From Candidatus Levyibacteriota bacterium (GTDB lineage: Bacteria > Patescibacteriota > Microgenomatia > Levybacterales > UBA12049), in assembly GCA_027459725.1 (NCBI GenBank), contig DAIDHK010000001.1, positions 67,411-131,410 of the forward strand: DNA of 64,000 nucleotides, given 5' to 3'. The notes under the pieces are model-generated. The model did no database searches, was not told the origin of the DNA, and was given only the letters and a program-made list of their open reading frames with translations. Each line of letters begins with the position of its first letter. Positions within the stretch are counted from its first letter, which is position 1. The position numbers and the translations under genes were made by a program. Shown here piece after piece: positions 60,852 through 64,000 of this stretch.

Positions 60852-61772
60852 ATGAGATACTTAATAACGGCGGTATTATTGGGTTTAATATTTATTCTCC
60901 TTTTAATTAATTTACTACATATAAGTCCAAATAATGTTCAAACAGATATAACTTCCTCCAATTACGCTACTGTTTCAACTCCACCAGCATCAGTACCTGA
61001 TTTCAACCATATTGTCATTATTATCATGGAAAATAAGCCTTTAAGTTCTCTGCAAAACAATCCGTCAGCCAGCTATATCAATCAACTTGCTAAACAGTAC
61101 GCGTACGCGGCTAACTACACTGCCGTCACGAATCCCAGCCTGCCTAACTATATAGCATTGATAGGAGGAAGTACATTTGGTATTAATTCTGACTGCACTA
61201 ATTGTTTTTTAAATCAGCCAAATCTAATTGATCGCTTACAAACTGCTGATATAAGCTGGAAGGCATATATGGAATCAATGCCTTCGGCCTGTTATCTAGG
61301 CAGTACTAACTTATACGCTCAGAAACATGACCCATTTATCTACTTTGATGACATAAGAAATAATTCTGCCCGATGTAAAAATATTGTTCCATATTCTAAT
61401 CTAACAAAAGATCTTGCCTCGGCTTCTCCTCCACGGTTTATCTGGATCACACCCAATCTGTGTAATGACATGCATAATTGCTCTATTCAAACCGGAGATA
61501 CCTGGTTATCACATAATGTTCCACTTATTCTAAAATCAAAAATTTTTACTACAAAAAATTCTTTGCTAGTGATTACCTGGGATGAGGGTAACATTTATGA
61601 TAATAAAATTGCCACCATTTTTGCCGGCCCTCAGGTTAAACATAACTTTGTCTCGTATAAAGCTTATTCGCATTATTCCTTATTGCACACTGTGGAATCT
61701 TCCTGGCATTTGCACCCACTGACTAGTAATGATTCTACAAGTCCGGTAATGGCTGATTTTTTTAACCAATAA
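60852..61772 (+). CDS. secreted phosphoesterase-family protein (PlcN/AcpA-like, PF04185-type)
   Basis: Signal anchor 'AVLLGLIFILLLINLL'; 'HIVIIIMENKPL...NPSLPNYIALIGGSTFGI' matches the phosphoesterase-family N-terminal metal-binding region; 'ITWDEGN' is a later conserved block. Confidence 0.65.
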   Translation: MRYLITAVLLGLIFILLLINLLHISPNNVQTDITSSNYATVSTPPASVPDFNHIVIIIMENKPLSSLQNNPSASYINQLAKQYAYAANYTAVTNPSLPNYIALIGGSTFGINSDCTNCFLNQPNLIDRLQTADISWKAYMESMPSACYLGSTNLYAQKHDPFIYFDDIRNNSARCKNIVPYSNLTKDLASASPPRFIWITPNLCNDMHNCSIQTGDTWLSHNVPLILKSKIFTTKNSLLVITWDEGNIYDNKIATIFAGPQVKHNFVSYKAYSHYSLLHTVESSWHLHPLTSNDSTSPVMADFFNQ

Positions 61773-61795
61773 TACAGTGAAGGGGCTTTAGCAGA

Positions 61796-62683
61796 TTAAA
61801 ACCATTTTTTACTCTCAATGGTCTGATCAAATTCTTCTAGCAATTCTTTTTGCCTTTTACTGACGTTTTTTGGTACCACCACTTTAATTCTGACATAATG
61901 ATCACCCCGTCCCGACGAACGAAGTCTAGGCATTCCTTTACTTGATAAACGGATTAATGTCCCAGGTTGCGTTCCTGAAGGAATTTTAATCTTGACCTTA
62001 TCATCAACAGTCTTTACTTCCAGTTGAGTTCCCAGTACTGCCTGAGGGAAGGAGATCTCCTCTTCAGTTACTATATCCGCCCCCTCACGCTGGAAATGCT
62101 TATCCGGAATTACATCCAGCACTACGTCATATGTATCGAACCTGATGCGTGAACCTGTATCCACACCAGCCGGAATTTTGATTTTCTGTTTTTTGTTCCC
62201 TATGGTTACTTCCCGTTCCATACCCTTTACGGCATCCGCAAAAGAAATAGTTAACGAATAAACTTGACGCCGAGCCTGACGAAATCCGCCCCCAAAGAAT
62301 TGCTCAAATATATCAAAAGGATCGGAAAAACCGCCGAAATCAAAATCCTGATTATTACCACCGGTAGTATATGTATAGCTAAACGGTCCATATTGTCCGC
62401 CTCCGGCAAATGGATTACCGCCAAAAGGCCCCTGACCACCAGCTCCGGCACCCGGCCCTTCAAAAGCTGCTGAGCCAAACTGATCATATGTTTGACGTTT
62501 TTGCGTATCACCTAAAACTTCATAAGCCTTATTAATTTCTTTAAACTTTTCTTCTGCTTCCTTAGTTTTATTTCGATCAGGATGGTATTGTAACGCTAAT
62601 CTACGATAAGCACGTTTAATCTCATCCGCCGATGCAGACTTGGTCACTCCTAAAATACCATAATAATCATTATTAATAGCCAT
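61796..62683 (-). CDS. dnaJ: DnaJ-class co-chaperone, type II (J-domain + G/F region + C-terminal domains, no Zn-finger)
   Basis: '[33 protein letters not shown]' J-domain with HPD, then a Gly/Phe-rich segment. The CxxCxGxG repeats are absent. Confidence 0.85.
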   Translation of the reverse strand: MAINNDYYGILGVTKSASADEIKRAYRRLALQYHPDRNKTKEAEEKFKEINKAYEVLGDTQKRQTYDQFGSAAFEGPGAGAGGQGPFGGNPFAGGGQYGPFSYTYTTGGNNQDFDFGGFSDPFDIFEQFFGGGFRQARRQVYSLTISFADAVKGMEREVTIGNKKQKIKIPAGVDTGSRIRFDTYDVVLDVIPDKHFQREGADIVTEEEISFPQAVLGTQLEVKTVDDKVKIKIPSGTQPGTLIRLSSKGMPRLRSSGRGDHYVRIKVVVPKNVSKRQKELLEEFDQTIESKKWF

Positions 62684-62794
62684 AATATAATAAAAAATCC
62701 TAATTCTAAACCCTAAATCCTAAATAAATCCAAATATTTCAATTGAATTTAAACTTTGCAATTATTTAGAAATTAGATATTAGAAATTAGGATT

Positions 62795-64000
62795 CTACTC
62801 TACCACTTCGCCTTCTTGGGCATCTTTAGCTTTGTCTTCGGTCTTACCATCTTTTTCGTTTTTTTCTATTTCTTCTTCTTTTTGCGTTTGCTGACCCTTC
62901 TGATATGCTGCTTGTCCAATTTTTTGAAGTGAATCAGACAATTCGCGGGTTTTGTTTTCAAGGTCTTCTTTTGAGCCGGAATCCAGAATATCTTTTAATG
63001 CTTTAATTTTCTCTTCAACTTCGGTTTTTACATCCGCTGCAAGTTTATCTCCTGCATCTTTCAAAGACTTTTCAGCAGTAAAAATAAGCGAATCAGCCTG
63101 ATTACGTGCTTCAACCTTATTTTTTTTCTCCTCGTCTTCTGCCGCATGAGCTTCTGCTTCTTTAGTCATCTTCTCAACTTCTTCTTTGGATAAACCGGTT
63201 GAACCGGTGATTTTAATCGACTGGACTTTGCCCGAAGCTTTATCCTGAGCTTTAACATGCAGGATACCACTGGCATCAATATCAAATGTTACCTCAATTT
63301 GGGGCATACCACGAGGCGCCGGAGGAATACCATCCAGAATAAAACGACCCAGTGATTTGTTATCAGCAGCCATTGGACGTTCGCCCTGCAAAATATTAAT
63401 CTCAACTTGTGTCTGATTATCAGCCGCAGTAGAATATACCTGGGATTTAGAACTCGGAATAGTTGTATTACGCGGAATTAAAGGAGAAGATACTCCTCCT
63501 AATGTCTCCAAACCAAGCGTCAAAGGAGTCACATCCAGTAATAATACATCTTTAACATCCCCCGATAGCACACCCCCCTGAACAGCTGCACCAACTGCTA
63601 CAACCTCATCAGGATTGACTGATTTATTAGGCTCTTTACCAAAATATGACTTAACAGTCTCAATAACTTTAGGCATGCGTGTCATACCTCCAACTAGTAC
63701 AACTTCATGCACGTCTGAGGCTTTAATACCTGCGTCTTTCAAAGCCAGGTCAACTGGTTTTAAAGTTTTCTGAATTAAATCATCGACTAATTGTTCTAAT
63801 TTTGCCCGAGTCAAAGTCATGGTTAGATGAAGCGGCCCATTGGAACCTTGTGTAATAAAAGGCTGATTGATCTGAGCTTCCTGGGATGATGACAATTCAA
63901 TTTTAGCTTTTTCAGCTGATTCACGAAGTCGCTGCAAAGCCTGAGGATCTTTGCGTAAATCAATATTATTTTCTTTCTTAAACTCATCGGCTAGATAATC
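62795..64000 (-). CDS. dnaK: chaperone DnaK (Hsp70), partial; N-terminus runs off the window end
   Basis: The frame stays open to position 64000 (reverse complement gives '[38 protein letters not shown]', the DnaK motif). Substrate-binding domain and lid follow, with an acidic C-terminal tail. Confidence 0.95.
   Translation of the reverse strand, partial: DYLADEFKKENNIDLRKDPQALQRLRESAEKAKIELSSSQEAQINQPFITQGSNGPLHLTMTLTRAKLEQLVDDLIQKTLKPVDLALKDAGIKASDVHEVVLVGGMTRMPKVIETVKSYFGKEPNKSVNPDEVVAVGAAVQGGVLSGDVKDVLLLDVTPLTLGLETLGGVSSPLIPRNTTIPSSKSQVYSTAADNQTQVEINILQGERPMAADNKSLGRFILDGIPPAPRGMPQIEVTFDIDASGILHVKAQDKASGKVQSIKITGSTGLSKEEVEKMTKEAEAHAAEDEEKKNKVEARNQADSLIFTAEKSLKDAGDKLAADVKTEVEEKIKALKDILDSGSKEDLENKTRELSDSLQKIGQAAYQKGQQTQKEEEIEKNEKDGKTEDKAKDAQEGEVVE

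Noticed and set aside
62684-62794. Short direct repeats in the dnaK-dnaJ spacer ('aatcctaa' x3, 'agaaattag' x2)
   Set aside because: AT-rich low-complexity spacer; the repeats are too short and few to call a regulatory array without comparative data.

Overview
The window is a low-GC, gene-dense bacterial chromosomal segment dominated by housekeeping genes, with one insertion sequence and a tightly packed 12-kb minus-strand operon of unknown function. The compact style (short AlaRS, minimal IF-2, many secreted proteins with Pro/Thr-rich linkers, a sortase) suggests a small-genome, possibly CPR/Patescibacteria-like organism; this is inference. The standard genetic code is in use, since rpoB and rpoC are uninterrupted over more than 1000 codons. 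Housekeeping genes in order: serS (partial), rpsT, murJ, groES-groEL, lepA, a cyclophilin, rpsL-rpsG, rpoB-rpoC, alaS, a thymidine-phosphorylase-like gene, mltG, rodZ-like, ftsK, nth, rnj, pnp, rpsO, infB, nusA, dnaJ, dnaK (partial). The accessory content is where the interest lies. (1) An intact-ended IS1595-like insertion sequence lies 2 nt downstream of lepA. It has perfect 26-bp terminal inverted repeats and an 8-bp target duplication, yet its transposase carries an in-frame TAA. (2) A minus-strand operon (46.3-58.7 kb) encodes two atypical Clp/Hsp100 ATPases, a secreted M4 thermolysin-like metalloprotease, a large polytopic membrane protein with a Cys-rich ectodomain, and small membrane proteins including one resembling a VirB2-like 2-TM pilin. 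Neither ATPase shows a recognisable ClpP-docking loop or a coiled-coil M-domain, and one is membrane-anchored with a catalytically dead first ATPase module. No ClpP or VirB4 is present. This is the best candidate for an undescribed membrane-associated unfoldase/protease or export system. A terminator-like hairpin sits in its 5' leader. (3) A Lon homologue consists of the AAA+ module only, with no protease domain. (4) An FtsA/PilM-like actin-fold domain is fused to a TM helix and a large ectodomain, and is translationally coupled to a sortase. (5) Two decayed hydrolase genes and a degenerate DHH protein in the nusA-infB-rpsO-pnp operon suggest ongoing gene decay. No rRNA, tRNA or CRISPR array was recognised.
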